DNA of 64,000 bases from the human T2T-CHM13v2.0 reference genome, Homo sapiens. The stretch lies in assembly GCF_009914755.1 (NCBI RefSeq), contig NC_060927.1. The stretch is one strand, 5' to 3'. Below, piece by piece: positions 15,204-28,938 of the stretch; position 1 is the first letter of the stretch; every line of letters begins with the position of its first letter. The position numbers and the translations under genes were made by a program. The notes beneath the pieces are model-generated. The model was not told the origin of the DNA. It ran no database searches and worked only from the letters and a program-made list of their open reading frames with translations.

Positions 15204-18142
15204 ATCTGTAACATAACACCCCATCTTGAATTAAATATTTTAAACAAATATTTTGCAAAAAGAAAAAATGTTAAATCAGAAAAGCAGAATTAAATAAAGT
15301 AATATACGAAAAAAAGATAGTCCCCAGGAGGGAAATTAAAGAAAAAGGCAAAAACATCTTATGTAGGAAGAATAATTTCAAAGTACTCAAGAGAAAATTG
15401 ATTTCTCTCAAAGCAGAAGTTTAAAAATATATGAAAAATTCCAAGAAAATGAAAACAAAATAAATAAGGTGAAAACCATCAGAGAGAAAGAAGACTGGGC
15501 ATTATCATTTGGGTTTCTGGCAAGAAAAACAAAAACAATGAAATGAGAGAAATCACATATTTAATCACATATTAAACCACAATCCAATAAAACTTTGTAT
15601 AAATAAAAGAAAACTTGGATATATTTGTGTACCTAAGAAGACTAACCCAGAATGGTCAATTGTAATATATAGACATACATCTAAGACACAGTATAATAGG
15701 CCTATTAGACATTAAATATATACAAGCAATCTTCTGGGCATCCAAGCAAAAAAGGCCAAATCACTTACAAAGGAAATAAGATCATAAAACAGCATACAAA
15801 GCAAGAAAACTGTGCAAGAACAGTTTTAAGAAACTCAAAAAAGGAAAATATGAGCCCAGAGTGTTATATGTAGGCAGACTGTTTTTAAAGTACCAAGCCT
15901 ATAGGGAAACAGTTTGATACAGATGGAAACTCAGAAAATATTCATGAACTCTTCCTAAGACATTTATGAGATACAATTAAAACAGTGACTATAGGAAAAT
16001 ACATAGCTCTACATACTTATGATACTTAGATAAATAAAAATAAATGAATTAAATTCCCAACTCAGAAAAGTAGGTAGGGGATGGGGGAAGCAGAAGAAAA
16101 ATTTTTTAAAATATAGAAGTAGAAATTAATAAAACAGCAAGCAAAAATATAACAAAATTGATAAATCAATCAAAATGCTTGTTCTTGAGGAAAAATTAAT
16201 AAACTAGATAAACTACCACCTAATCTAACTCAGAAAAAAAGGAGAAAGCACAGATATATGAATTTAAAAATGTTATGGGGGAAATAACCTTGAAACAAAG
16301 TAAATTTTAAAAGATTCTTACAGACTATTTTGTTTGACTCTATACAAATATATTTGAAAAATTAAATAATTGGATAGCATCCTTGAAAAATGCAATGTAC
16401 TAAAATTCACCTTAGTAGAGATAAAAGGCTTAAAACAATTTTTCACAGGAAAAATCAATGTAATAACAATTACCCCAAAGAAACAGAAAATCAAGGTCAA
16501 GATATAGTAACAGGGACATTTGAACATCTTTGCACCTGAACATAGAAAAAGGAGAAATTCTAAATTACTTTAATTAAACACATATAATATTGATGTCTAA
16601 ATCATATATAAAAAGAAAACTTATAAACCAGTCTCATTTTGAATATTAATGCCAAAAATCAAAATAAAATATCAGCACATTCCAATAGTATATTAATAAA
16701 ATATACTATGATCAAATGTGATTTAGTCCAAGATGTTTTAATATCAGAAAATCTCTTAATATTGTTCACTACCATTAATGCCTAATGAAAAATAATATAT
16801 GACTATTTCTATAGATAATAAAAAGAACTTTGACAAAATTCATCACCCATTCCTACTAAAAAATATACACTCAGTAAAATAAAAATTGATTCTTTTTTAA
16901 CACTAAATACATATGTCAGTTCTAAAGCCATATTTCCACTTAGAAGAGACACTTCAGTGGTTGTCTAACTAAAGTCAAGAATAAGTTAAAGATGCCCACT
17001 ATTTCTTCCATCTTTTAACAATGTATTACAGGTATTAGTAATTAAAATTAGATAAGATAAATGATTAGAGACATGAAAGACGGAAAATAAAGAATCAAAA
17101 CGATATCATTTTGGAAAAGCAAAGATAAAATAACTACAAAACTCAAAAGAATTATTGATAAAACTAACACAAATAATAAGGTAGGAAGATATAAAATTAA
17201 TATATGCTAATAAAGAGCCTTCAGATATACCAGTAATAACTAGTTAAAAGATGCAATCCTATAACGGAAGAAAAACCCATTTTATTTTAGCAACAATTTA
17301 AAAATAAAATACTTAAGAATAAGCTTTAAAAGAAATAAGCATCGTGATTCCAATTCTGGTATGGTGGCATAAGTCTTCTATAGCCTGCTACTGCAGCTGA
17401 ATACAACTAGAAACCCTGGGTAAAATATGAAAAACGAATTAGGGCCCCAAAGCTAAACAAAAGCAAAAAGATTGTGGAGGGAAATTAAAACTTGAAGAAG
17501 GGACCATACAAAGTGAGTTTCCCAGTTTGCTTTCTGCCTCCTATGTTAGGCTTTTCCGTTTCACAGACCCTAGTTGCCAAGCTGCAAAGTGATTAGGGCA
17601 GAGCGCTGAAACTCCGACAACCTTATTTTTCTGGTTAGAGGAATCAGGAAAAAGAAACCATGGGGGCTGGAGCATAAGGAAGAAAATCCCAGATCAGAAA
17701 GATTTACAGAAGGCATCCCCTAATTATGCATATAAACCTACAGATCTCTGGCTCACCTCTGAGTTACACACGTGTGGGACAGACCCAAATCAGCACAGCA
17801 AAACCTTCAGAGCTCAACTGATATGTGAACAACAACTAAGAGAAAGTGAGACAGTACTTGGGGTCTGACCCTAAATGAGTTGACTGCCTGCTTAAACAAG
17901 TTACCAAATTCATCAGAGGAACATACAGGTCCTGGGGGCTATACAATGTAATTTTCTATAAGGTGCAGAACACAATCAAAAACTACTCAGAAAATTTAAC
18001 CAGTTCTCAAGGGAGAAGACAATCTACAAGCACTAACCATAAAATGTCTTGGAGTTTAAAGCATGAGCTAAAGATTTTAAAGCAGCTTTTACAACTATAC
18101 CCCATGAGGTCATGGAAAATACATTTAAAAGAAATGAAATAT

Positions 18143-18426
<284 letters not shown>

Positions 18427-20206
18427 CTACAGCCTATGAAAATGAACTGAATAGAAACATGACTTGAAAACCATAATTTCTGAAATTAAAAAATTTACCA
18501 AAAGACCTCAATTAAGGCATGAAAATGACTATAAGTCAGTGAAACATATATCAATAGAAACTATCCAATATGAAGAAGAAAGAGAAAAGAATAAAACAAA
18601 CAGAGCCATTGTGACCTGTAGGTGAATACAAAAGTCTAAATGACATGCTATTGAAGTGCCAGAGAAAAAGGATTATGTGGCAGAAGAAATAATTGTTGAA
18701 AATGCTCAAATATGATAAAAGACATAAATTTACATATTCAAGAATCTCACTGAACCCTAAAGAGGATATAACACAACTAAAGTAAAAAGAACATGCCTAG
18801 ACACATCGTAATCAAACTGCTGAAAAAACAAAGACATATAAAAACTTTTGAAAGCAGCTACAAAATGATGCATTACATACAGGGGAATAATGATTCCAAA
18901 TGACCACAAATTTCTCAATATAAACTAGGGAGGCGAGAAAACCCTGGAGTAGCATCTTTGTGGTGCTGAAGGAAAATAATTTCAACACAGAAGTCTATAT
19001 CCAGCAAAAATAACCTTCAAAGCAATGATAGATTCTAAGATACAGGAAAACTAAGTTCATCACTTGTTTTTTGTTTTTTTTGTTTCGTTTTGTTTTGTTT
19101 TACAAGAAATACTAAAGGAAGTTCATTAGGTGGAAAGGAAGTGATAGAAGAGAGAAACTCAGATCTTCTGGAATAAAGGAACAACAAAATAAATGGCAAA
19201 TATTGGGTAAATATAAACATTGTTTCTCCATTTGGGTTTTTTAAAATACATAATTCTGTTGAAAGCAATAATTAAACCATCGTCTGCTTGGGTTTTCAAA
19301 ATATGCAGATGTAAACATAAGATGACTATAATATAAAGGTCAGTGACAGGAGGAACCTATGTGGCTGCAAGATTTCTACATTTTATTTGAAGTGGTATAA
19401 TATTAACTCAAGGTAGAATCTGTAAGATTAGGTAATATTGTAATCCTTAGATCAAGCACCAAAAATAGTATACCAAAAGATACAGCCATAGTAAGAGGTC
19501 CTAACACCCTCTCTCAGCAATTGCTAGAATAATTACACACAGAAAAGGAAGCTGTGACCACTATCAACCACCTTGATGTAATTGATATTTATAGAACACT
19601 ACATCCAACAACTGCAGAATACATATTATTTGCAATGAATATTAACTTCATTAACATAGAATATGTCCTGGGCCATAAAAAACTCAGTACATTTGAAAGA
19701 ATTAAAATTATTCAAAGTATATTTTCTGAATACAATAGAATTAAATAATCAATAACAATAAGTAGAAATGATCAAATACCTGAAAATTGAACAACAAAGT
19801 TGTGAATAATTTATGCGTCAAAAACAAAAGCACAGGACAATTAAAAAATATTTTAACTGAATGACAATGGAAATTTGTGGTATGCACCTAAGGCAGTGCT
19901 TAGATAAAAAATATATAGCTTTAAATATTGTATTAGAAAAAAAGAAACATCTAAATCAATACCTAAGGTTTCAACTTAAGAAACTAGAAAAAGAAGAGAA
20001 GTAAACCCAAGTTAAGTAAAAGAAATGAAATAAAGATTAAAGAAGAAATCAATGATTTAGAAAACAGACAATAGAGGAAATTACATCTAAAAGTTGATTC
20101 TCTGAATAGATCAGAGGCCGTAAAAAAGTACTTTTCACAAGACAAATCTGCCTATTTTTGTTTACTTCTGTTTTCCTGTAGAGAATAAATTGTTTCATAA
20201 AACAAT

Positions 20207-20850
20207 AACAATTTTATTGAGGTATAATTTACATACTATGAAATTCATCCATGTTAAGTGTGCAACTAAGTGATGTTTGGTAAATTCCTTGAGTTGTATA
20301 CTCTTCAACATAATTGTTTTAGAACATTTTTATCACTTACAGTTAATCACCATTTCCACCCCCAGCTGCAGGCAAACCACAAGTATAATTCTTGTCTCTA
20401 TATATTTGCCTGTTCTTTATACATACTTCTTAGAATCATATGATATCTGTTCTTTTGTGACTGACTTCTTTCATATAGCATAATTTTTCAATGTTCATCC
20501 ATGTTGTAGTATGTGTCAATTTTTTACTAGTTTTTAATTGCTGAATAGTATTAGAATATATGTATATAACAAATTTTGTTTATCCATTTAGACTGTTTCC
20601 CCACTGGGGATATGAAATATTCTGCTATGAATATTTACATGCAAATCTGTGTATGGACATATGTTTTTGTTTTGGGAGAGTAGTTATATGATTTTAGGAA
20701 ACTTCAAAACCATTTTTCAAAGTGGCTGTAACTCTTTATATTCCAACCAGAAATGTATGAGGGTTTTTATTACTCAACACAAATGCCAACAGTTATTTAT
20801 TTCTCTCTTTTTGATTATACGGTGACTGTGGAGTATTAACTCATTGTGGT
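20207..20850 (-). mobile_element. old LINE-1 3' fragment (L1ME/L1MB-type), antisense
   Basis: T-rich reverse complement of an L1M 3' end (TTTATTGAGGTATAATTTACATAC...). Confidence 0.7.
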
Positions 20851-20896
20851 TCTTTTTGGTTTTGTAAATAAAGTTTTATTAGCACATGGCAACAGT

Positions 20897-21030
20897 TGCT
20901 GGGCACAGTGGCTCAGGCCTGTAATCCTATCATTTTTGGGAGGCAAAGGCAGGAGGATTGCTTGAGCCTAGGAGTTAGAGACCAGCCTGGGCAACATAAC
21001 AAGACTCTATCTTCACAAAAAGAAAATAAA
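20897..21030 (+). mobile_element. FLAM/AluJ left monomer
   Basis: GCTGGGCACAGTGGCTCA...GGAGGATTGCTTGAGCCTAGGAGTT...GCCTGGGCAACATA followed by an A tail. Confidence 0.85.
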
Positions 21031-21561
21031 AGAACTCAGCAATATTCATTTGTTTATGGATTGTTTATGGTTGATTTTACTCAACAATGGCAGAGTTGCA
21101 TTGTTACAATGATGATCATATGGTCCACAATGCTTACACTAAATTATGAGCTTATTACTACTTGGCGTTTTACAGAAAAAAGTTTTCTGATCCCTGGAAT
21201 AGATCAACAAAATTGACAAACTTCTAGTTAGATTGATTAAGAACAAAAGAATACACACATAAATCACAGTTATAATGAATTTTTTAAAAAGATTATCATT
21301 ACATATTCTCCAGGCATTAAAAGGATCATAACTTAAAATTGACAAGTGTTCTTAAAAAGTGGTCCTCCCAAAATTGGCATGAGAAGATAAAGAAAATCTG
21401 AATAGTCCTATACATAATAAATTGAATTTATCAAAAACCCTCCCAAAATGGAAAGTCTAGACCCAAGTGGTTTTACTGGTAAATCTTTTCTAATCTTCAA
21501 GGAGAAATAACACCAATCTTACACAAGATTTTTAGAATGTAAAGAAGGTTAAATTACCCCA

Positions 21562-21999
21562 TATTATGGGTAATCTCTTTTGTTGAAGTTGTAGCATAAT
21601 CCCAAGTACCTCAGAATGTGACCTTATTTGGAAATAGGGGCATTTCCAAGGTAATCAAGTTAAAATGAAGTCATGAGGGTGAATTTAATCCAATCTAACT
21701 GGTGTTCTTATAAAAAGAAAATCTAGAGGTAGACATGCTGCAGAGAGAATGTCTTGTGAACATGAAAGTAGGCAGTGGGGTCATGCCTCTACAAGCCAAG
21801 GGACACTAAAGATTTCCATTAAACCACCCAGAATCTTGGGAAAAGGCAGGAATCAGATTTTTCTTCACAACCCTCAGAAGAAACCAACCCTGCCAATACA
21901 CTGAAGCTGAACTTCCAGAGCTATGAGACAATAAATTTCTATTGTTTAAGCCACCCAGTTTGTGGTACTTCATTATGGCAGCACTAGCAAATTAATACA
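21562..21999 (+). mobile_element. MaLR LTR (MLT1B/C-like)
   Basis: GAATGTGACCTTATTTGGAAATAGGG; AATAAATTTCTATTGTTTAAGCCACCCAGTTTGTGGTA; ends TAATACA. Confidence 0.85.
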
Positions 22000-24934
22000 C
22001 TCCCCAACTTGTTTTATGAGGTTCATATTACTCTAATACTGTCAAAACCTGCCAAAACCATAAGAGAATGAAAACCAAAGAGAAAGGAAAGAAAAAATTA
22101 TAGTCCCATATATTTTATGAATGTACATGAATACAGATGCAACAACTCTTTGCAAAATTTTGGCAAATTGACTTCAACAATATATTAAAGGAACAATTAA
22201 TTATATGGCCAAGTTGAATTTATCCCAGAAATATAAGACGGTTTAACATTCAGGAAATCAAACAGTGTAATTTGCCATATTAATAGAATAAAGAAAAAAA
22301 TATTATTATTTCAATAGATACAGAAAAAACATTTAACAAAGTTCAACAACACTATTCACAATTTTTTTTTAAATCCAGGAGACTAGAACCTTTAGCAATT
22401 TCCTTAAATTAATAAAGAGCATCTACAAAAAGCTGAGACCTAACATTTTACTTAATGTTAAATGATACTATTTCTTCTGAGATGAGAAGCAAGTAAAAGA
22501 TGACTAATTTTATTTTCTGTTCAGCATTGTACTGGAAGCCTAGTCATTACAATAAGTCAAGAAAAATGGTATTAGGATTATAAAGTAAAGCAGTCTCTGT
22601 TCATAGATGGTATGATTGTTTATGTAGAAAATGCCAGAAAATATTTAAAAAAAGCTACTAAAACTAATAAATTGCTTGAGCATGATCATAAGACACAAAG
22701 TTAATATACAAGATTAAATATTGGCCTATGTTATAGAAACAAACAATTGGAAATGAAAATTTAAATAATCTCATTTAAAAAGCACCAAAAAATTAGAATG
22801 TGTAGAAATATATCTAATAAAAGCCAACCAAAATCTCCCTGCCTGTAAATACGATCATTCAATTTATAAAAAATGTAACTCAATAAGTGAGGGGAAAAAA
22901 AAGCCTTTTCATATAGTAGTCCTAAATCAACTGACTGTTTGGGGGAAAAAATGGATTTTTACTTCCTGCCATTTGTAAAATTAACTAAAAATCTATTATA
23001 GACCTAAATGTAAAACTCAGAATTATAAAACTTTTAGTAGAAAGCACAAAGAAATTCCTTTCAATTTTAGGGTAGGAAAAGTACTTTTTAAATATAACAC
23101 AAAAAAGCAAAAGCCATAAAAATAATGTGGACATATCCAAAATCATAATTAAGGGGGAAATAAAGGACAACCCATAATATAGGAGAATATATTCAGGATA
23201 CATATATCAGACAAAGGACTTGTATTCAGAATATATAAAGAACTCACACAACTTAATAGTAAGATAAACACTTCCTGCTTCCCACTTCCACCACCAATAG
23301 ACAAAAGATTTGAATGGACACTGTATAAATGAAGATATACCAAAAACAAGCTCATGAAAAGACGGTCATCACTAGTCATTCTGGAAATGCAAATTAAAAC
23401 CACAATGAGATTCTACTATACACCCACTAGAAAGACTAAAACTAACAAAACTGACCATACCAACAGTTGGCAAAATCTGAAGAAAGTGGAAGTCTCAAAC
23501 ACTGCTGATGAAAATGTAAAACAGTAAAACCACTTTAGAAAACAGTAATTTATGAGGAAGTTGAACACACAGCCAGCATAAGGCTGATCCATTCCACTTC
23601 AAAGTATGGACTCAAGAAAAAAAAAAAAAAAAAAAAAAAAAACATGCCCACACTAAGTCTTGTATGCTTATATTTATAGCACCTTTATTTGTATAGCCAA
23701 TAACTAAAAACAACTCAAATGATCAACAGGTGAATGGGTAAACTGTGGTATATCTAAACAATGGAATGTTACTCAATAATAAAAGTGAACAAACTATTGA
23801 TTCATGTAACAGCATGGGTGAATTTCAAAATTATGTAAAAGAAGCCCGGCCAACAAAAGTGTCCATACTATATAATTTTATTCATGTAAATCTAGAAAAT
23901 GCAAAGTAATCTGTAGTACAGAAAGTAGACTGGTGATTCCTGGGTAGCAGGGTGCAAGGATGGATAAATTACAGAAAGGCATGAAGACATTTTGCGGGGT
24001 AATGGAATTGTTTTATATTTTGAATCTGGTCTTAGTTTACAGGTCTGTACATGTCAAAACTGTTCAAGTTGTGCATTTAAATAGGCATAGTTTATTGTAT
24101 TCCAATTATACCTCTATAAAGTTATAGAAAAGAAATAAGCAAAAATTATAAAAGGTAAACCTGAAAAGATCCTTGAGAGATCCAAAATGGATTTGAACAA
24201 ATGGAAAAACACTTCTTGTTTTTTAACAAGATGATTCACCATCATAAAAATGTTACCATCAATTTAATCTTACATCAATAACAATAGTTGTCTTCTGGAG
24301 CTAGACAGTTCATTTAAAAGTTTATATGCAAAAATAAAATCAAGGAATAACAAATAGGAAAACACTAAACAAAGCAGTAAGGCAGGACTAGCTCTACCAG
24401 AAATTAAAATATACACAAAATCCTCTGTAATTAAAACAGATGGTACTCACATATGACTAGGCAGGTGGACTAATGAAACAGAACACAAAATCCAGAAATA
24501 GACCCAAGCACATCTGGAAACTTTAGTATAGGAATAGACTGAATCTCAATTCACTCAGTTAAAGATGGACTACTTAATAATTTGTATTAAAACAACAGAA
24601 TAGTCATTTTGGAAAAGATAAAAATTAATTCCATGCCTCAAATCACACACTAGGATAAACCCCAAATGAATCACATCTCTGAAGATAAAATAAAACCATT
24701 CATATTTCTAATATAGAATATTGATCGATTTTTTTTAATTCAATGGTGGTTAAAAACTTTCTAAATGTGATTAAAAATCTAGATGCAATAAGATTAAAAG
24801 TCTATAAATTTAATTACATAAAATTATACTTAAAACACTATAGACAAAAAAGCAAATGACAATCTGTTAAAAAATCATTTCCAACATATATCTCAGATCA
24901 GAATAGGTAGGTAGATAGATTATAAAGTTGCAAA

Positions 24935-27060
24935 TTTGGAAAATTCTGGTGTCTGGTCTGATATGTAAAAAGTTTGGAAGCCATCACTCTATCCTCACAA
25001 GGTAAAGCTGAACAAACAAAAAAACAGTAATGCTTAATTGATCTATCAGAGAACTGAGGTCACAGGGCAAACCACTGCCCTGAAAACTGGAGAGACAAAA
25101 TACTGAGAACCACAGCTTATTGAAATTAGAAACCACTGCTGGAGCCTATTAAAAATAACTAAATTAAATGGTATTTGGCTAATTGACAGAGACTGAGCAT
25201 GGAACTAGCTTGAGAGATAAGAACTCCAAGAGGGCCCAGAACCATGAGGCTCTCAGGGTAAGTATCAGAGAAAAATTTATCATATCTGTTGGGGGGGGAG
25301 AGGATAAGTAACCATTCTGAAATAAGTCCAGAATGCTCTGTTCTTAACAAAGGCCTGCCCTCAAAGGAAACTATTTAACCAGAGCCTACCTACCTGGGCC
25401 TTGCCACAGCCTAACTTACCTGGGGAAAGGGAAAGAAACAACTCTAGTCTCCTTTCGCTTTCCTGTTTCACCTAAGTAGGGGAAAGGGAAGCAATGATAA
25501 GCATTTGTGAAGGTCATAACCCAGGGACACAAGCCCATTAAAAGACAGAAACCTAATCATGCAACTACAGAATGCTTCCTTTCCCCCATATGTTACTGCC
25601 AAATCAACAGGGCTTCTGTATAATAACAGAGGATTACAGCTAAGAGAACTGCAAGCTTCAGATCCTATTTAAGAAGTCTCTAAGGAAACCTAGAGATGAC
25701 AGAACAACAGAAAACCTAGAAACAACAGAGACAACAGAAAAGACACTAGAGGACAACAGGACAAAGAGGACAAAGACACTAGGACTCTATAAGACAACAG
25801 AAAGGACACTAGAGAAAATTTTAACTGCTGACGCATGCAACTACAACAAACAATAAACACAGTTTAACTGCTACCCAGATACATAAAACCTCACACCGAA
25901 GATCTATTTACCTCAGTTTCTTTTACCTATACATCAGGTCCAGCTTTCAACAAAAATTTACAAGGCATACTGAAAGGCAAAAATAGTCTTGAGAGACAAA
26001 GCAAACTTCATAAGCAGACTTACATATGGCAGAGATTTCAGAATTATCACACCAGAAATTTAAAATAGTTTTAATTGATATGCTCAGGGTTCTAATGGAT
26101 AAAGTGGTTAACACACAAGAAAAAAATGGGTAATGTAAGTGGAAAGATGGAAGTCTGAGAAAGAATCGAAAGGAAATGTATGAGGTACATGGATGTGCTT
26201 TGGTCAGGAATAGGCCGAGGCAGACATCTGGGCCAGAGTGACTCTGTGAGTTTGGAGCGCAGGTGTATAACTCCACTTGTTTGTGTAAGCTCCTGGTTGG
26301 CTTTCAGCCACTATTGTCTGTAAAAGGTATAACTACCCTGCTGATGCTGTGCACGGGGCTTGTGCTGGCATGCCCAAAGAAAGAGAGAGAGCCAGAGGCA
26401 GTCACCTTGAAGGCAGGTAGAACAAGCAGCAGAATAAATACCAAAAAACTATACTTAGACCTATTATATTAAACTGCAGAAAATCAAAGACAAAGAGAAA
26501 AATCTCAAAAGAAGCCAGAAGAAAAACACCTTACCTATAGAGGAACAAGGATAAGAATTACAATGGACTTCCATTTGGACAGTATGCAAATAAAAAGGAA
26601 GTGGAATGAGACATTCAAAGTGTTGAAAGAAAAACCAAACTAACACCCAAAATTCTGAATTGGGTTATTTTTCAAAAGTGAAGTATAAATAAACACTTTC
26701 TCAAACAAACATTGAAGGACTTGGTCTCCAGTAGACCTGCCTTGTAAGAAGTGTTTAAAGTTTTTCAGAGGGGAGGAAAATACTATAGACAAAAACCTAT
26801 TTATATCCAAAAAAAGGAAGAACATTAGAGAAGAAATAAATGGAAGTAAAATGAAATCTTTTATTTTTATTAATTTTAATTGATCTAAAAGATAACAGTT
26901 CAAAATAATAAAAGCAACAATGTACTAGGTGAGTATAGTTTATGGATAAGTGAAATGAATGACAGCAATGTAATAAGGGACAGGAGAGAAGAATTGGGAA
27001 TGCTTCATTGTAAGATACCTGTATTATTTGTGAAGCAGTATAGTTATTTAAAAGTGGGCA
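24935..27060 (+). mobile_element. old LINE-1 5' portion (5'UTR/ORF1, L1MC/L1MD-type)
   Basis: Degenerate ORF1-like sequence (AAACTGCAGAAAATCAAAGACAAAGAGAAAATC, GATAAGAATTACA). Boundaries approximate. Confidence 0.65.
26179..26417 (+). mobile_element. LTR18 (HERVL18) 5' fragment
   Basis: GAGGTACATGGATGTGCTTTGGTCAGGAATAGGCCGAGG matches the LTR18 start. The 3' end and adjoining host L1 appear deleted. Confidence 0.75.
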
Positions 27061-27144
27061 TGCTGTTTCTGCTATGTTTCTGTTCATCTGCACTGAAAAG
27101 TTAACTCGTTTCATTTAGATGCTCCAATGGACCCTATAGCATGA

Positions 27145-27468
27145 TGTCTTAGTCCATTTGTGCTGCCATAAGAAAATACCACACACTCAATAATTTATAA
27201 ATAACAAAAATTTATTATCTCAAAGTTCTGGAGGCTGGAAAATCCAAGATCCAGACACAAGCCTCTGCATCTTCACATGGAGGAAGGTTGAAGGGCAAGA
27301 GAAAGCAAACCCACCCCTACAGCCCCCTTTTTAAAGGCATTATTCCATTATTTAGGACAGATCCCTCATGACCTAAACACCTCTCAAAAGGCCCCATCTC
27401 CTAACACTATTATGCTGAGGATAAAGTCTCTAACATATGAATTTGGGGGGCACATTTAGACCATAGAA
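27145..27468 (-). mobile_element. MaLR LTR (MST/MLT1A-like)
   Basis: TGTCTTAGTCCATTTGTGCTGC...TTCTGGAGGCTGG...AGACCATAG. Degenerate TSD CATGA/GATGA. Confidence 0.8.
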
Positions 27469-28523
27469 GATGAATACGTCCATGAAAAATAGTTGATACA
27501 TTTGAGCTTCCTTAAGTGGAAGAGTTCTTGCAATCCTCCTCTAGTTGTGCTGAGAGAGACAATCTATAATTTCACACCCGCATGTTCTTAAATAGGTGAA
27601 TTACGTGATTCTGTAACTATTTCATTCTGTTCCTTCCTTTCTTCTACTCTACCATTAATTCTTGACTAACTAGTACACACATTCTACATAAATAATTGTT
27701 TATAGCTATAATAAGTGTAGATTAAGATAAAATATTTTATGATGTCTCTTGATACTACTAAAATTCCTTTCTTGAAGAAATATGTTAAGAGAAAACATTT
27801 TCTAATAGATAAACATTTCTAATAAATAGGTATTTATTATTTCTAATAAATAAACATTTTTAATAATAAACACACATCATTATTAACAAACCAAATTTCA
27901 GAGCCTGTATTATAATCTGCAACTATTCCATTATATGTTTGCTGCCACTTTCTTCTACCTGTAAATTACCCAATTGTTTGAATCTCAATATCGATCATTT
28001 CTCCCTCACAGTGACATTGACAGAATTAAATTAGATAGACATAAAAATAATCCCCACTACATTGTCTTACATAAAAGTGGAATAAGGAGAATATCTTCAA
28101 GGAAATTAAAAGTTCTCTTTGCTTTTTAGAATTTGTTTTCCTTTCAAAATTTAGATTTACATTTCATACAACATTAGGTAAAAATAAGAAGGACCAGTGA
28201 TCTGATTCTGCTCAAATCACTGCTTATGTCTGCCATTAGTATTAGAAAGAAGGATATGGCCTGGTACAAAGGCACTGCACCTCCTATCCAGATGATACAG
28301 GAGAGAATGAGAGAGTATAATGATAAGCAACTGGGCTATAATAGAACACTAGGAATGAGCTGATCTTTTTCTCATTGTATTTCTGCTATTAAGTCCCAGC
28401 TTATCTTGGTTTTACTTTTAGCTTCCTGTTATTGATAATGCATTCAGTTTAGAGACAACTCTATCTAGATTCAAGCTGTGGTTTTAATGCAGAAAAATAA
28501 AACGTTAAGCTTCTTGAGGGGAG

Positions 28524-28938
28524 TGATATGGTGTGGATGTTTGTCCCCTTCAAATTTCATGCTGAAATGTCATCCCCACTATTGGAGGTGAGACCTAGTG
28601 AGAGGTGTTTGGGTTATGGGGGCAGGTCCCTCGTGAATGGCTTGGCGACATCCCCATGGTAATGAGGGAGTTCTAGCTCTGAGTTCACATAACATCTGGT
28701 TGTGTAAAGAACCTGACACCTCCCACCTCTCTCTCTTGTCCCCTCTCTCACCAGGTGATATACTGGCTCTCCCTTTGCCTTCCACCACAATTGAAAGCTT
28801 CCTGAGGCCTCACCAGGAGCAGATGCTAGTGCCATGCATCTCATACAAACTGTAGAACCATGAGTCAAAATAAACCCTTTTTTAATAAATTGCCCAGCTT
28901 CAGATATTTTGTTATAGCAGTGCAAATGAACTAACACA
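28524..28938 (+). mobile_element. MaLR LTR (MSTB-like)
   Basis: TGATATGGTGTGGATGTTTGTCCCC...AATAAA...CTAACACA. TSD GGGAG/GAGAG. Confidence 0.88.

Larger units (their letters stand above)
11060..17341 (+). mobile_element. highly decayed ancient LINE-1 (L1ME/L1M-type) fragments hosting younger insertions
   Basis: A-rich sequence with degenerate ORF1/ORF2 motifs (e.g. TTTGACAAAATTCATCACCCATTC at about 16830). It resumes at 24128 after a nested L1. Boundaries approximate. Confidence 0.6.
20112..21196 (+). mobile_element. MER58 (hAT-Charlie) DNA transposon, interrupted by an antisense L1 fragment and a FLAM/Alu monomer
   Basis: Termini CAGAGG...CCCTG. 8-bp TSD GAATAGAT with central TA (20104-20111, 21197-21204). 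MER58-like 3' part TTTACAGAAAAAAGTTT. Confidence 0.8.
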
